A program made the translations under genes and the position numbers. DNA of 64,000 nt from positions 448,001 to 512,000 of the forward strand of contig CBDEFM010000002.1 in the NCBI GenBank assembly GCA_965237415.1. Direction: 5' to 3'. Shown in pieces: positions 44,110-53,321 of this stretch. The notes beneath the pieces are model-generated. The model had not been told where the DNA came from and ran no database searches. It saw nothing but the letters and a program-made list of their open reading frames with translations. The stretch's first letter is position 1; each line of letters begins with the position of its first letter. Origin of the DNA: Alphaproteobacteria bacterium (GTDB lineage Bacteria > Pseudomonadota > Alphaproteobacteria > UBA828).

Positions 44110-44571
44110 ATGCCGAAAATCGACATCGACCGGGTGCCGGTGAAGACCGGCTCAATCTATCCGGCGCCGTTCAAGGCGATGGCCGATGCGCGCTCCCGCC
44201 AGGCGTTGGGGGATGCGGCCGGGCTGACCCAGTTCGGGGTCAACCTGACGCGCCTGCCGCCAGGTGCCGCGACCGCGCAGCGCCACTGGCACGAAGCCGA
44301 GGACGAGCTGGTCCTCGTCGTTTCGGGCGAGCTGGTCCTGATTGAAGATGCCGGCGAAACGCTGCTCCGGGCAGGCGAGGCGGCGGCCTTCAAGGCCGGC
44401 CACGCCGACGGCCACCACCTGGTGAACCGCTCGGGGGAGGATGCGGTGGTGCTTGAGATCGGCACCCGCGCCGGTGAGGAACGCGCCCACTATCCGGACG
44501 TCGATCTCGTCTACGAGAAGCGCGGGGGCAAAATCCGCTTTACCAATAAGGCGGGCGAAGTCTACGACTGA
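44110..44571 (+). CDS. Cupin domain protein
   Basis: LGDAAGLTQFGVN, RHWHEAEDE, GHHLVN, YPDVDL. Confidence 0.9.
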   Translation: MPKIDIDRVPVKTGSIYPAPFKAMADARSRQALGDAAGLTQFGVNLTRLPPGAATAQRHWHEAEDELVLVVSGELVLIEDAGETLLRAGEAAAFKAGHADGHHLVNRSGEDAVVLEIGTRAGEERAHYPDVDLVYEKRGGKIRFTNKAGEVYD

Positions 44572-44595
44572 TTCGCGCGGATTGGCCGGAGCCGG

Positions 44596-46488
44596 CTACT
44601 CACTCATGGCCGGCCGGTAAGTGCCGAAATTCCAGAGGTGGCCTTCGGGGTCGCGCGCGGAGTAGTCGCGCGAGCCGTAGGGCGTGTCCTGCAGCTCACG
44701 CACGATCTCGGCGCCGGCCGCGGCGGCACGGTCGTAGTGGGCGTCGGCGTCCTCGACCACGATATAGATCGACTGCGTGACGCCGCCGAGGTCGCACGGA
44801 ATCCTCATCGCGAGTTCGTCGTCCCTCTGCGAGCCCACCATGATCAGGCCGGAGCTAAATGCAAGTTGAGCATGGGCGATTGTGCCGTCCGGCCCCGGCA
44901 CGATCATGTTTTCGGTGAAGCCGAAGGCCTCCTTGAGCCAGGCGATCGCGGCAGGCGCGTCGCGGTAGCTGAGGCATGGAACGATGGCTGGGCCTGTCTC
45001 GGTCATGGCGGGTTCCGTCTTGAGCGTTAGCAGGAGATGGTGTCGAAGTGTATCGGCCGGGTCCTCACGCGTCTCAACGTCCTCGTCTGCCTCCGGCGTT
45101 GGCTCTTCGGCGGGCGCCTCTTCGGCAATCTCGGTTTCCGATGGCGACGGTTGCGTCTCGGCCTCGGGCAGGGCGTGTTCGGGGCAAAGGGTATTCGCTC
45201 GGCTGGGCGGACCGAGGGCGAGGAAATCATCGCGCGGGAGGCCGAGCGTCTGTTCCACGTCGGAGACCGTATGGACGGTCTTCTGCGTAAGAGCGCCGCC
45301 CGCCGCTTCGACGACTTCCACGATGAACGTGCTGGTCACGGCCTGGCGGTTTGCGTCGAGTTCGACCGGGCCGCCGAACGGGGTATCGAAGCTTAGCTCG
45401 GCGAGAGCGCCGCGCAGACGCTCGTGCCCGTCGCCGAGGTCGCCGTCGATCTCGTCAAGGGCGAGAAGCAATGCCTTGGTATTCACGTAGTAGCTGAGGG
45501 CGAACAGGCTTGGCGAAAGTCCTGCATCCGGAAAGCGCTCGCGGTAGCGCTCAGTGAACTCGGTCCAGGCTTCATTGTCGTCGCTCTCCGAGATCGGCAG
45601 CGCCGAAATCGCCCCCTTCAGCAGAGGGCGGATGGCGCTTGCTTTGAGAAGGCTGCCGCTCAGGGTCGTGGCGCCCGTCACAATGGCAGCCTGTCCGCCG
45701 GCCTCGGCATAGGCTTCGAGAAACCTTTTGGCCGCACGGGGCTCCAAAGCCAGGAACAGCGCGTCTGTCTCCGTACCGGACACTGTCTTGGCGATGCGCG
45801 CGGCGTCGCTCGCGCCGGTGGAGATCCAGTGCCGTGCCAGCACTTGGCCGCCAAGGGCGCAGTAGTCCAGCATGAAGCCCATGAGCTGCGTGTAGGGAAG
45901 GGAATAGTCCTCGGCGACCGAGACGATCGTGCGGATATCTTTCTCCTCGTAGGCATAACGCCCGAGCCCGGCGATCCACTGCATGCTGTCGGGATTGAAG
46001 CGGAAGAAGTTGTCCGCCGGCGCACGCAAGGTGGCGTCCTGCGCTGCCGAGGCGCCGTTGATGAACGTCACCTCAGGCACGCTCTTGGCGAATTCGCGGA
46101 TTGCGATGCCCTCGATCCCCGCAAGGGGACCGATGAGGATGCTGGCACCGCGGTCGATCAGCACGCGCGCCTTCGCGATCACCGAGTCCGGGGTTCCGTC
46201 GGTCGATTCGACGAATGCTTCGATGGGTCGCTCGCCGGCGCGTTCCTCGTGCTCGCTCAAGGCCAGCTCGTAACCGCGCACGGCGTCCATTCCAAGGGAC
46301 CTAAACGCCCCTTCGAGAGGGGCGAGCACGCCGATCTTCAGGCTGTGCGTGTCGGCCTTCGCCGGAACGACGATCATCGTCAGCGCGGCAACGATAATCG
46401 ACCACGCCATGAGGCGATGGGCGCGTGCCGCAAGAATGCGGGCTCGTCCGCGACGCCGGTTTCCCGGAGGTGGCGGCGACTTCGTCAC
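44596..46488 (-). CDS. Branched-chain amino acid-type ABC substrate-binding protein in frame with a C-terminal VOC/glyoxalase domain
   Basis: KIGVLAPLEG, LIGPLAG, NFFRF (SBP); acidic linker; then MTETGPAIVPCLSYRDA...HAQL...YGSRDYSARDPEGHLWNFG (VOC, own ATG at 45006). Confidence 0.75.
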   Translation of the reverse strand: MTKSPPPPGNRRRGRARILAARAHRLMAWSIIVAALTMIVVPAKADTHSLKIGVLAPLEGAFRSLGMDAVRGYELALSEHEERAGERPIEAFVESTDGTPDSVIAKARVLIDRGASILIGPLAGIEGIAIREFAKSVPEVTFINGASAAQDATLRAPADNFFRFNPDSMQWIAGLGRYAYEEKDIRTIVSVAEDYSLPYTQLMGFMLDYCALGGQVLARHWISTGASDAARIAKTVSGTETDALFLALEPRAAKRFLEAYAEAGGQAAIVTGATTLSGSLLKASAIRPLLKGAISALPISESDDNEAWTEFTERYRERFPDAGLSPSLFALSYYVNTKALLLALDEIDGDLGDGHERLRGALAELSFDTPFGGPVELDANRQAVTSTFIVEVVEAAGGALTQKTVHTVSDVEQTLGLPRDDFLALGPPSRANTLCPEHALPEAETQPSPSETEIAEEAPAEEPTPEADEDVETREDPADTLRHHLLLTLKTEPAMTETGPAIVPCLSYRDAPAAIAWLKEAFGFTENMIVPGPDGTIAHAQLAFSSGLIMVGSQRDDELAMRIPCDLGGVTQSIYIVVEDADAHYDRAAAAGAEIVRELQDTPYGSRDYSARDPEGHLWNFGTYRPAMSE

Positions 46489-46681
46489 GCTACGTCGATC
46501 ATGTTAAGTTGGCAGTAAATCAGGGCATTGAGACACTTGTCGCGCGTATGGTCGCTCGCTCGACATTGCCGCCAGACCTTATAGCGGCCCGTACCGGCCA
46601 TTGCCATGCGCACGTCGCGTGGGCTGAGCCGCCGGCCACACCACATGAAGCCGCGACCCTCTTGCGCCCAGCGAATGTCGC

Positions 46682-46715
46682 GCGGACCATGACATTGGTG
46701 AGAATTCCGGGCTAG
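46682..46715. repeat. Solo copy of the terminal repeat of the 51700-51902 MITE
   Basis: 27/34 identical to the reverse complement of 51698-51731; followed by a duplicated GCTAG. Confidence 0.65.
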
Positions 46716-46788
46716 GCTAGGCACAGCGGGTTGTCGGCGCACGGCGCAACGCGCCCTGGCTGACGCCCAACCCAGGGAGGAGGCAATC

Positions 46789-48087
46789 ATGGCAAAGACC
46801 ACAGAGCATCGGAAGCAGGGACCGAGCCGGCGCACAATGCTCAAGGGCGCCGCGGCGATCGCCGGCGTCGCGGCCGGCACCAAGGCTCTTGGCGGATTTC
46901 CAACCGTCTGGGCGCAGGACACGAAAGACATCGTGATCAACCATTCCGGCATGTCCTATTCGACGATCATTCAGATCGCCGAGCAGGCGACGGTGGATCT
47001 GCCGTTCTCGGTGGAGATGGCCGTCACCGATCACGCCGGCATGCTCAACCGGCTGACCACGCAGTCCGATTCGATCGATGTCGCCGACATCGAGCTGTGG
47101 ATGCGGGTCATCACCGTGCCGCGCGGCATCTACCAGGCGGTCGATCCCGCCAAGATCGCGCATTGGGACAAGACCACGTCGCTCTATCGGGACGGCACGT
47201 TCGACGGCAAGCAGGTCTCGCGCCAGGGGGTCTCGCCCCATGAGGTGATGTACTTCACCGATGGCGACGCCAATGCGCTTGCCGACGGTACCACCGATTA
47301 CGCGACGATGACCCCCGGCGTGTTCAATGCCGATACGCTCGGCATCCAGCCGGTCGAGATCGGCCGCCCGATCAACAATTGGCACGAGCTCTTCAACGAA
47401 GAGTTCAGCGGCCGGGCGGCGGGCATGGATATCCCGCCGATCATGATCATGGACGCTGCGCTCGCCATCGAATCGACCGGCGAATACACCTATGCCGACA
47501 AGGGCAACATGACCAAGGAAGAGATCACGATGACCGTGGACCGGCTCATCGATCTCAAGCAGAAGGGCCATTGGCGGTCGATGTGGGGCACCTTCGACCA
47601 GTCGGTGCAGCTGATGACGTCGGGCGAGGTGGTGATCCAGTCGATGTGGTCGCCGGCTGTGACGGCCGTGCGCGCAGCAGGCGTGCCCTGCATCTACCAG
47701 CCGCTCGCCGAGGGCTATCGCGGCTGGGGCAACGGGCTCAGCCTGATGAGCCACCTCGAGGGCAAGAGGCTCGGCGCGGCCTATGACTATCTCAACTGGT
47801 ACTATGACGGCTGGATGGGCGCCTTCATCGCCAAGCAGGGCTACTATCTGGGTGTCGCGGAGACCGCCAAGAACTTCATGCAGCCCTACGAGTGGGATTA
47901 CTGGTACGAGGGCAAGCCGGCGGCCGACACCATCAAGGACCCCTACGGCAACCCGATGGAGAAGGCGGGGCACGTCCGCGACGGCGGCTCGTTCTCCAAT
48001 CGTTTCGGCAACATGGCGTGCTGGAACACGCTGATGGATAACCAGCAGTTCCTGCTCAAGAAGTGGACGGAGTTGCAGACGGCCTGA
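46789..48087 (+). CDS. PotD/PotF-like extracellular solute-binding protein, Tat-exported
   Basis: SRRTMLK twin-arginine signal; VIQSMWSPAV, EGYRGW; GGAGG RBS. Confidence 0.86.
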   Translation: MAKTTEHRKQGPSRRTMLKGAAAIAGVAAGTKALGGFPTVWAQDTKDIVINHSGMSYSTIIQIAEQATVDLPFSVEMAVTDHAGMLNRLTTQSDSIDVADIELWMRVITVPRGIYQAVDPAKIAHWDKTTSLYRDGTFDGKQVSRQGVSPHEVMYFTDGDANALADGTTDYATMTPGVFNADTLGIQPVEIGRPINNWHELFNEEFSGRAAGMDIPPIMIMDAALAIESTGEYTYADKGNMTKEEITMTVDRLIDLKQKGHWRSMWGTFDQSVQLMTSGEVVIQSMWSPAVTAVRAAGVPCIYQPLAEGYRGWGNGLSLMSHLEGKRLGAAYDYLNWYYDGWMGAFIAKQGYYLGVAETAKNFMQPYEWDYWYEGKPAADTIKDPYGNPMEKAGHVRDGGSFSNRFGNMACWNTLMDNQQFLLKKWTELQTA

Positions 48088-48103
48088 ACGGCCTTATCCC
48101 TGC

Positions 48104-48140
48104 GGGCGGGGCCGGCGTACCGGCCCCGCCCCGTTCTTTC
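48104..48140 (+). terminator. Intercistronic hairpin / weak intrinsic terminator
   Basis: GGGCGGGGCCGG-CGTA-CCGGCCCCGCCC followed by CGTTCTTTC. Confidence 0.6.
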
Positions 48141-48163
48141 ACCCGATTGGATTCGGTCTCGCG

Positions 48164-49039
48164 ATGAGCAACGGCACCGGCAGGGGGCGGCGGCCGTTCG
48201 TGCGGGTGGCCCCGCTCGGCCTCGCGCTGGCGGTTTTCTTCGTGGTGCCGCTGGGCGTTCTGGTGGTGGTCAGCTTCTTCGAGAGCGACATGATCTTCGG
48301 CATGAGGCCCGCGCTCACGCCGGAGAGCTATGTCGAGCTGTTCACCACCATGAACACCCTCTGGCTCTATTTGAGCACCCTCAAGTTCGCGGCGATCGTC
48401 TGGGCAGTCACGCTGCTCATCGGTTTCACCATCGCCTACTTCCTGGTGTTCCACGTCCGCTCCCTGCTGATCGCGATCGGGCTCTTCCTGCTCTGCACCG
48501 TGCCGTTCTGGACTTCGAACATCATCAGGATGATCTCGTGGATCCCGCTGCTGGGGAAGCAGGGGCTGGTCAATCAGGCGCTGATGGGCCTCGGCATCGT
48601 CGACGAGCCGATGGAGTGGCTGCTGTTCTCCGACTTCTCGGTGGTGGTGAGCTACGTCCACCTCTTCACGTTGTTCATGATCGTCCCGATCTTCAACTCG
48701 ATGGCGCGCATCGACAAAGCGCTGATCGAGGCGGCGCGGGACGCGGGCGCAAGCTCTCTTCGCATCATGTGGGAGGTCATCATTCCGCTCTCCCGCAGCG
48801 GCATCGCGCTCGGCTCGATCTTCGTCATCGTGCTGGTAATGGGCGATTTCTTCATCATCAAGGTGATGAGCGGCGGGCAGAGCGCCTCCGTCGTCTCCGC
48901 CATCTTCGAGGACATCAACGTCTTGCTCTATCCGTCTGCCTCGGCGAGCGCGGTGGTGCTGCTGATCGTCGTGGTGATGATGGTGATGGGCGTGCTGCGG
49001 GTGGTTAACATCCGCAGGGAGCTGGCGGGCAGCACGTAG
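48164..49039 (+). CDS. ABC transporter permease (PotB-like)
   Basis: PFWTSNIIR, LIEAARDAGA. Confidence 0.92.
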   Translation: MSNGTGRGRRPFVRVAPLGLALAVFFVVPLGVLVVVSFFESDMIFGMRPALTPESYVELFTTMNTLWLYLSTLKFAAIVWAVTLLIGFTIAYFLVFHVRSLLIAIGLFLLCTVPFWTSNIIRMISWIPLLGKQGLVNQALMGLGIVDEPMEWLLFSDFSVVVSYVHLFTLFMIVPIFNSMARIDKALIEAARDAGASSLRIMWEVIIPLSRSGIALGSIFVIVLVMGDFFIIKVMSGGQSASVVSAIFEDINVLLYPSASASAVVLLIVVVMMVMGVLRVVNIRRELAGST

Positions 49040-49049
49040 GAGAGGGGGC

Positions 49050-49901
49050 ATGGCGCAATCATCGAAGACCCATAAGCCTCGTCCCTGGACCTTCTATCCG
49101 CTGGCGGCGTTCTTCGGAATTTTCGTGCTCTTCCTCTACGGCCCGATGTTCTGCATCTACATTCTCTCGTTTCAGGGGCCGAACGCCTCGCTGGTGTTCC
49201 CCATGCAGGGCGTCTCGATCCACTGGTTCGAGGCGCTGTTCGGCCAGGCGCGGACCGGCGATGTGGGCGGCGCGTTCGCGCGCTCGCTGCCGCTCTCACT
49301 CATCATCCTTTCCGTCACCGTGCTCTTCTCGGTGGCGGCGGGGCTGGCCTTCCGCAGCCGGTTCTTCGGCAACTCGGTGATCTTCTACACGGCGATCGGG
49401 AGCCTTGTGGTGCCCGGCCTGGTGCTCGGCGTCGGCATCACGCTGCTTCTCCAACTCCTGGGCTGGAACGCGCACTGGTATTCGTCGGCGCTCGGCGCGC
49501 ACCTCACCTGGACGCTGCCCTTCGGGCTGCTCATCATGTTCGCCGTGCTGAGCCGCTTCGACCCGCGCGTGGAGGAGGCGGCGCGCGATCTCGGTGCGAG
49601 CAACCTGCAGTCCTTGCGCTACGTGATGATCCCCATCCTGCTGCCGGGCATCATCGCGGTGGCGCTGTTCGGCTTCACCCTCTCCTACGACGAGTTCCCG
49701 CGCAGTACCTTCACCGTCGGCGCGCGCAACACGCTGCCGCTCGAAATCTGGAGCATGACCACCAACGTCACGTCGCCGGCGCTCTACGCGCTGGGCACCG
49801 TGACGACGGCAATCTCCTTCTTCATCATCGTCGTCTCGTTGACCGCGATCGGCGTGATCCAGGCACGCCGCCAACGCGCCGGGAAGCGAGCGAGGCCGTA
49901 G
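49050..49901 (+). CDS. ABC transporter permease (PotC-like)
   Basis: FLYGP, EEAARDLGA, FTLSYDEF, TLPLEIW. Confidence 0.92.
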   Translation: MAQSSKTHKPRPWTFYPLAAFFGIFVLFLYGPMFCIYILSFQGPNASLVFPMQGVSIHWFEALFGQARTGDVGGAFARSLPLSLIILSVTVLFSVAAGLAFRSRFFGNSVIFYTAIGSLVVPGLVLGVGITLLLQLLGWNAHWYSSALGAHLTWTLPFGLLIMFAVLSRFDPRVEEAARDLGASNLQSLRYVMIPILLPGIIAVALFGFTLSYDEFPRSTFTVGARNTLPLEIWSMTTNVTSPALYALGTVTTAISFFIIVVSLTAIGVIQARRQRAGKRARP

Positions 49902-49925
49902 ACGCTTGCCGCAGACGGCGTCGCG

Positions 49926-50465
49926 TCAACTCCGACGGCGGGTCACCATTCTCTTGGTCCCCTCGTAGCGGAGGCTCTTGCAGAGGCGGGCGAAGCCGTC
50001 GAGGTTCTCGACGATCCGTGCGAAGATGCAGCCCTGGTTTGGGTGCGGCGTGTCGCCGTACCAAAGCGTGGTGGGGAAGCGCATCCCGGCGTGGCGGCCG
50101 TAGGCGAAGGTCACCTCCCTGAGCCAGGGATCCCAGATGAAGTCGCCGGGGGCCATCCTGGTCTGCCGGTTCTCCAGCTCGTAACCGAGCGCAGGCACCA
50201 TATCGATCCGGTCGAGGTAGAAGGCGGCGTGACCGAAGAAGGCGCAATGGATGATGTAGGCGTCGATCGGCATCATCTGCCAGAAGGCTTCGCAGGTCTT
50301 GGGCGCGGCGGTCTCCAGCAGCGCGCCGACGCAGACCTCGCCGTCGATCTCGATCTCGAAGCGGCGGAAACTGTCGGGGATGTCGTTCGGGATCTCGAAT
50401 TGGTCGTACCACCATTCATCCCACATCTCGCGCTGGGCAACCGTATCGACCGGCTTGTCCGCCAT
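49926..50465 (-). CDS. DUF3830 family (cyclophilin-like fold) protein
   Basis: APKTCEAFW..MP...IIH...G, LEN, YG...F; GGAGG RBS. Confidence 0.7.
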   Translation of the reverse strand: MADKPVDTVAQREMWDEWWYDQFEIPNDIPDSFRRFEIEIDGEVCVGALLETAAPKTCEAFWQMMPIDAYIIHCAFFGHAAFYLDRIDMVPALGYELENRQTRMAPGDFIWDPWLREVTFAYGRHAGMRFPTTLWYGDTPHPNQGCIFARIVENLDGFARLCKSLRYEGTKRMVTRRRS

Positions 50466-50485
50466 GAATGCCTCCGTCGTTTTAG

Positions 50486-51687
50486 GGAAAGTCTGAACAA
50501 CCCCATGTTCGCGGTTTCGAGGGGGAGAGGCGGCTTGGATGTGAAGCTCGACGATATTGCCGACAGGCCGGGGGCTGCTTTGGTCACGGGATACGGAGCG
50601 AACGGGCGATATCCGCGTCGATCCGCCTCCTTCCCCGCCGTCCCGCCAGCGGCGGGCAGACTACTCCCCTGTCATCCCGTCGCGTAGCGGCCGGCGATCA
50701 GCAGATTCGAGAACCCCAGCAGCAACGCGATGCGCTGCCTGTTCTTTGCCACGCCCCGGTAGCGCACCTTGGCGTAGCCGAAGTGCCGCTTCACGTACAG
50801 GAACGGATGCTCAACCTTCGCCCGCACCGACGCCTTGCGCTTCTCGGCCGCCTCTTCGGCGACGCCCTCGCCCAGCAGCCGGCGCCGCCCCGGCTTCATC
50901 GCCACACGCCACTCGACACCGCCGTCCCGGTGCTCGGGACGCTTCTCCACTCCCTGGTAGCCTGCGTCGCCCCACGCCGTCGTCTCAGCGCCATGCAGCA
51001 GCGCTCCCGCCTGCGTCACGTCGCTTGCGTTGGCCGCCGTCGTCGTCAAGCTGTGCGCCAGACCCGACCCGGCGTCCACCCCGATGTGCGCCTTCATCCC
51101 GAAATACCACTGCTTGCCCTTCTTCGTCTGATGCATCTCAGGGTCCCGTGCGCGGCGCCGGTTCTTCGTCGACGACGGCGCGTCGATGATGCTCGCGTCA
51201 ACGATCGTCCCCGTGCGCAGCCGATGGCCGCGCGACGCCAGGTGCGCATTGATCTCCTCGAACAGACCCTCGCCCAGGCCGTGCTTCTCCAACAGATGCC
51301 GGAAGTTCAGGATGGTGGTCTCGTCGGGCAGCGCCTCCGTCAACCGCAGCCCCACGAAACGCCTCACCGACTCCACCTCGTAGAGAAGGTCCTCCATCCC
51401 CGGGTCGCTCAGGTTGTAGAACAACTGCACGCAGTGAACACGCAGCATCACCGAAAGCGGGTACGGGCGCCGACCGCGCCCCGCCTTCGCATAGAACGGC
51501 TCGATCCGTCGCTCCAGCCGCTCCCAGGGAACCAGCTTGTCCATCTTCTCAAGGAACAACTCACGCCGCGTCCGGCGCTTCTTCAAGTCGTGCTCCAGTT
51601 CCGCAAAGCTTGCCTGTGCCATGGCTCGATCATCCAATCCGCGACTCCTGCGCAAATTATGGCACACGCAACTTGATCAGACCTTCC
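50486..51687 (-). mobile_element. IS5-family insertion sequence, 1202 bp, complete
   Basis: TIRs GGAAAGTCTGAACAA / GGAAGGTCTGATCAA (13/15); TTAG duplicated at 50482-85 and 51688-91. Confidence 0.95.
50672..51622 (-). CDS. IS5 family DDE transposase
   Basis: PDETTILNFRHLL, IVDASII, FGMKAHIGVD, GDAGYQG, RAKVEHPF. Confidence 0.97.
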   Translation of the reverse strand: MAQASFAELEHDLKKRRTRRELFLEKMDKLVPWERLERRIEPFYAKAGRGRRPYPLSVMLRVHCVQLFYNLSDPGMEDLLYEVESVRRFVGLRLTEALPDETTILNFRHLLEKHGLGEGLFEEINAHLASRGHRLRTGTIVDASIIDAPSSTKNRRRARDPEMHQTKKGKQWYFGMKAHIGVDAGSGLAHSLTTTAANASDVTQAGALLHGAETTAWGDAGYQGVEKRPEHRDGGVEWRVAMKPGRRRLLGEGVAEEAAEKRKASVRAKVEHPFLYVKRHFGYAKVRYRGVAKNRQRIALLLGFSNLLIAGRYATG

Positions 51688-51699
51688 TTAGCGCCTGCC

Positions 51700-51902
51700 A
51701 GCCCGCATTTCTCATCACGGTCATGGTCTGCGCGCCGCCCTCCGGGTCGCGCCCAGGCGCCCGCCCGCGTCGGGCGCTCCGCGCGCGTCCCGCGCGACGT
51801 CGCGGGCCTCAACCGTAGCAGCGCTACGCTTTTCGGCCCACTCCTAGCGGCTCGAACGCCTGGACGCGACGCAGGCCGTGACCGTGATGAGAATTGCGGG
51901 CT
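51700..51902. mobile_element. 203-bp MITE-like element with ~33-bp terminal inverted repeats
   Basis: 51700-51732 versus 51870-51902 reverse complement match 30/33; internal palindrome CGTAGC-A-GCGCTACG; no transposase. Confidence 0.75.
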
Positions 51903-51933
51903 AACGGCGCGCCGGCGACTATAATAGCGCCCC

Positions 51934-53310
51934 ATGAACCTTCATCGGATGCTCGCGGATCGCGAACGGGACGGAAAGCCCGTGCGCGTCGGACTGATCG
52001 GCGCCGGCAAGTTCGGCACCATGTTCCTCGCTCAGGCGCGGCGCACCTCTGGTCTCCACGTGATGGCGGTGGCCGATCTCGAACCTGCCCGGGCCGAGGC
52101 TGCGCTGACGCGCGCCGGCTGGCAGGAGGATGAGCGCCGTACGCGCTCTTTCGCCGCGGCGCTGAAGAGCGGCGGCACCCACATTTGCGACGATGCGTTT
52201 GCGCTGATCGCGGCTGACGGCCTGGACGTCGTGATCGACGCGACCGGCCACCCGGCTGCCGGCATCGCCCACGCCCGTGCGTGCTTCGCCGCCGGGCGCC
52301 ACGTGGTGATGGTCAACGTCGAGGCCGACGCCCTCGCCGGGCCCTTGCTCGCAAAGGAGGCGTCGGAGGCAGGCGTGGTCTATTCGCTCGCCTACGGCGA
52401 CCAGCCGGCGCTGATCGCGGAGATGGTCGACTGGGCGCGCGCGTCGGGCCTGGATGTCGTCGCCGCCGGCAAGGGCACCCGTTATCAGCCGGGCTTCCAT
52501 CATGTCACGCCCGACGACGTCTGGACCCACTACGGGCTGACCCCGGCGGAGGCGGAAGCCGGCGGCATGAACCCGCAGATGTTCAACTCCTTCCTCGACG
52601 GCACCAAGTCGGCGATCGAGATGACCGCCGTCGCCAACGCCACGGGGCTCACACCGGCGCCGGAGGGGCTCAGCTTCCCGCCCTGCGGGGTCGACGACTT
52701 GCCGACAGTGCTCAGGCCGCGTGAGGATGGTGGCACCCTGCACCACAAGGGCCAGGTCGAGGTGATCGCGAGCGAGGCACGGGACGGCAGCGTGCTCAAC
52801 GGGCATCTGCGTTGGGGGGTGTATGCCGTGTTCGAGGCCGGCACCGACTATGTCGCCAATTGCTTCCGCGAGTACGGGCTCTGCACCGATTCCACGGGGC
52901 GCTACGCGTCGATGTACAAGCCTTATCACCTGATCGGGCTGGAACTCGGTATCTCGGTGGCCTCCGTCGCGCTGCGTGGCGAGCCGACCGGCGCGCCCAC
53001 CGGGTTCCGCGCCGATGCGGTCGCTTGCGCCAAGGCGCATCTGCAGGCCGGCACGCGGCTCGATGGGGAAGGGGGCTACACCGTCTACGGCCGGCTGATG
53101 CCGGCGGCGGCGAGCCTCGCCGGCGGCCATCTCCCCATCGGCCTTGCCCACGGTGTCAGGCTCACGCGTGCCGTCGAGCCCGACACGCCGCTGACCTGGG
53201 CCGATGTGACTGTCGACGAGGACGATGCGGCGGCAGAAGCGATACGCGCTCGACGCGCCATGGAAAAGGCGTTCGCCCCGGAGGAGCCCGCGTCGGCGGC
53301 GATCGCCTGA
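51934..53310 (+). CDS. Homoserine dehydrogenase-like NAD(P)-dependent oxidoreductase with C-terminal SAF domain
   Basis: GLIGAGKFG, MVNVEAD, GDQP, SFLDGTKS, LDGEGGY, LPIGLA. Confidence 0.85.
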   Translation: MNLHRMLADRERDGKPVRVGLIGAGKFGTMFLAQARRTSGLHVMAVADLEPARAEAALTRAGWQEDERRTRSFAAALKSGGTHICDDAFALIAADGLDVVIDATGHPAAGIAHARACFAAGRHVVMVNVEADALAGPLLAKEASEAGVVYSLAYGDQPALIAEMVDWARASGLDVVAAGKGTRYQPGFHHVTPDDVWTHYGLTPAEAEAGGMNPQMFNSFLDGTKSAIEMTAVANATGLTPAPEGLSFPPCGVDDLPTVLRPREDGGTLHHKGQVEVIASEARDGSVLNGHLRWGVYAVFEAGTDYVANCFREYGLCTDSTGRYASMYKPYHLIGLELGISVASVALRGEPTGAPTGFRADAVACAKAHLQAGTRLDGEGGYTVYGRLMPAAASLAGGHLPIGLAHGVRLTRAVEPDTPLTWADVTVDEDDAAAEAIRARRAMEKAFAPEEPASAAIA

Positions 53311-53321
53311 GAGAGGAGACC

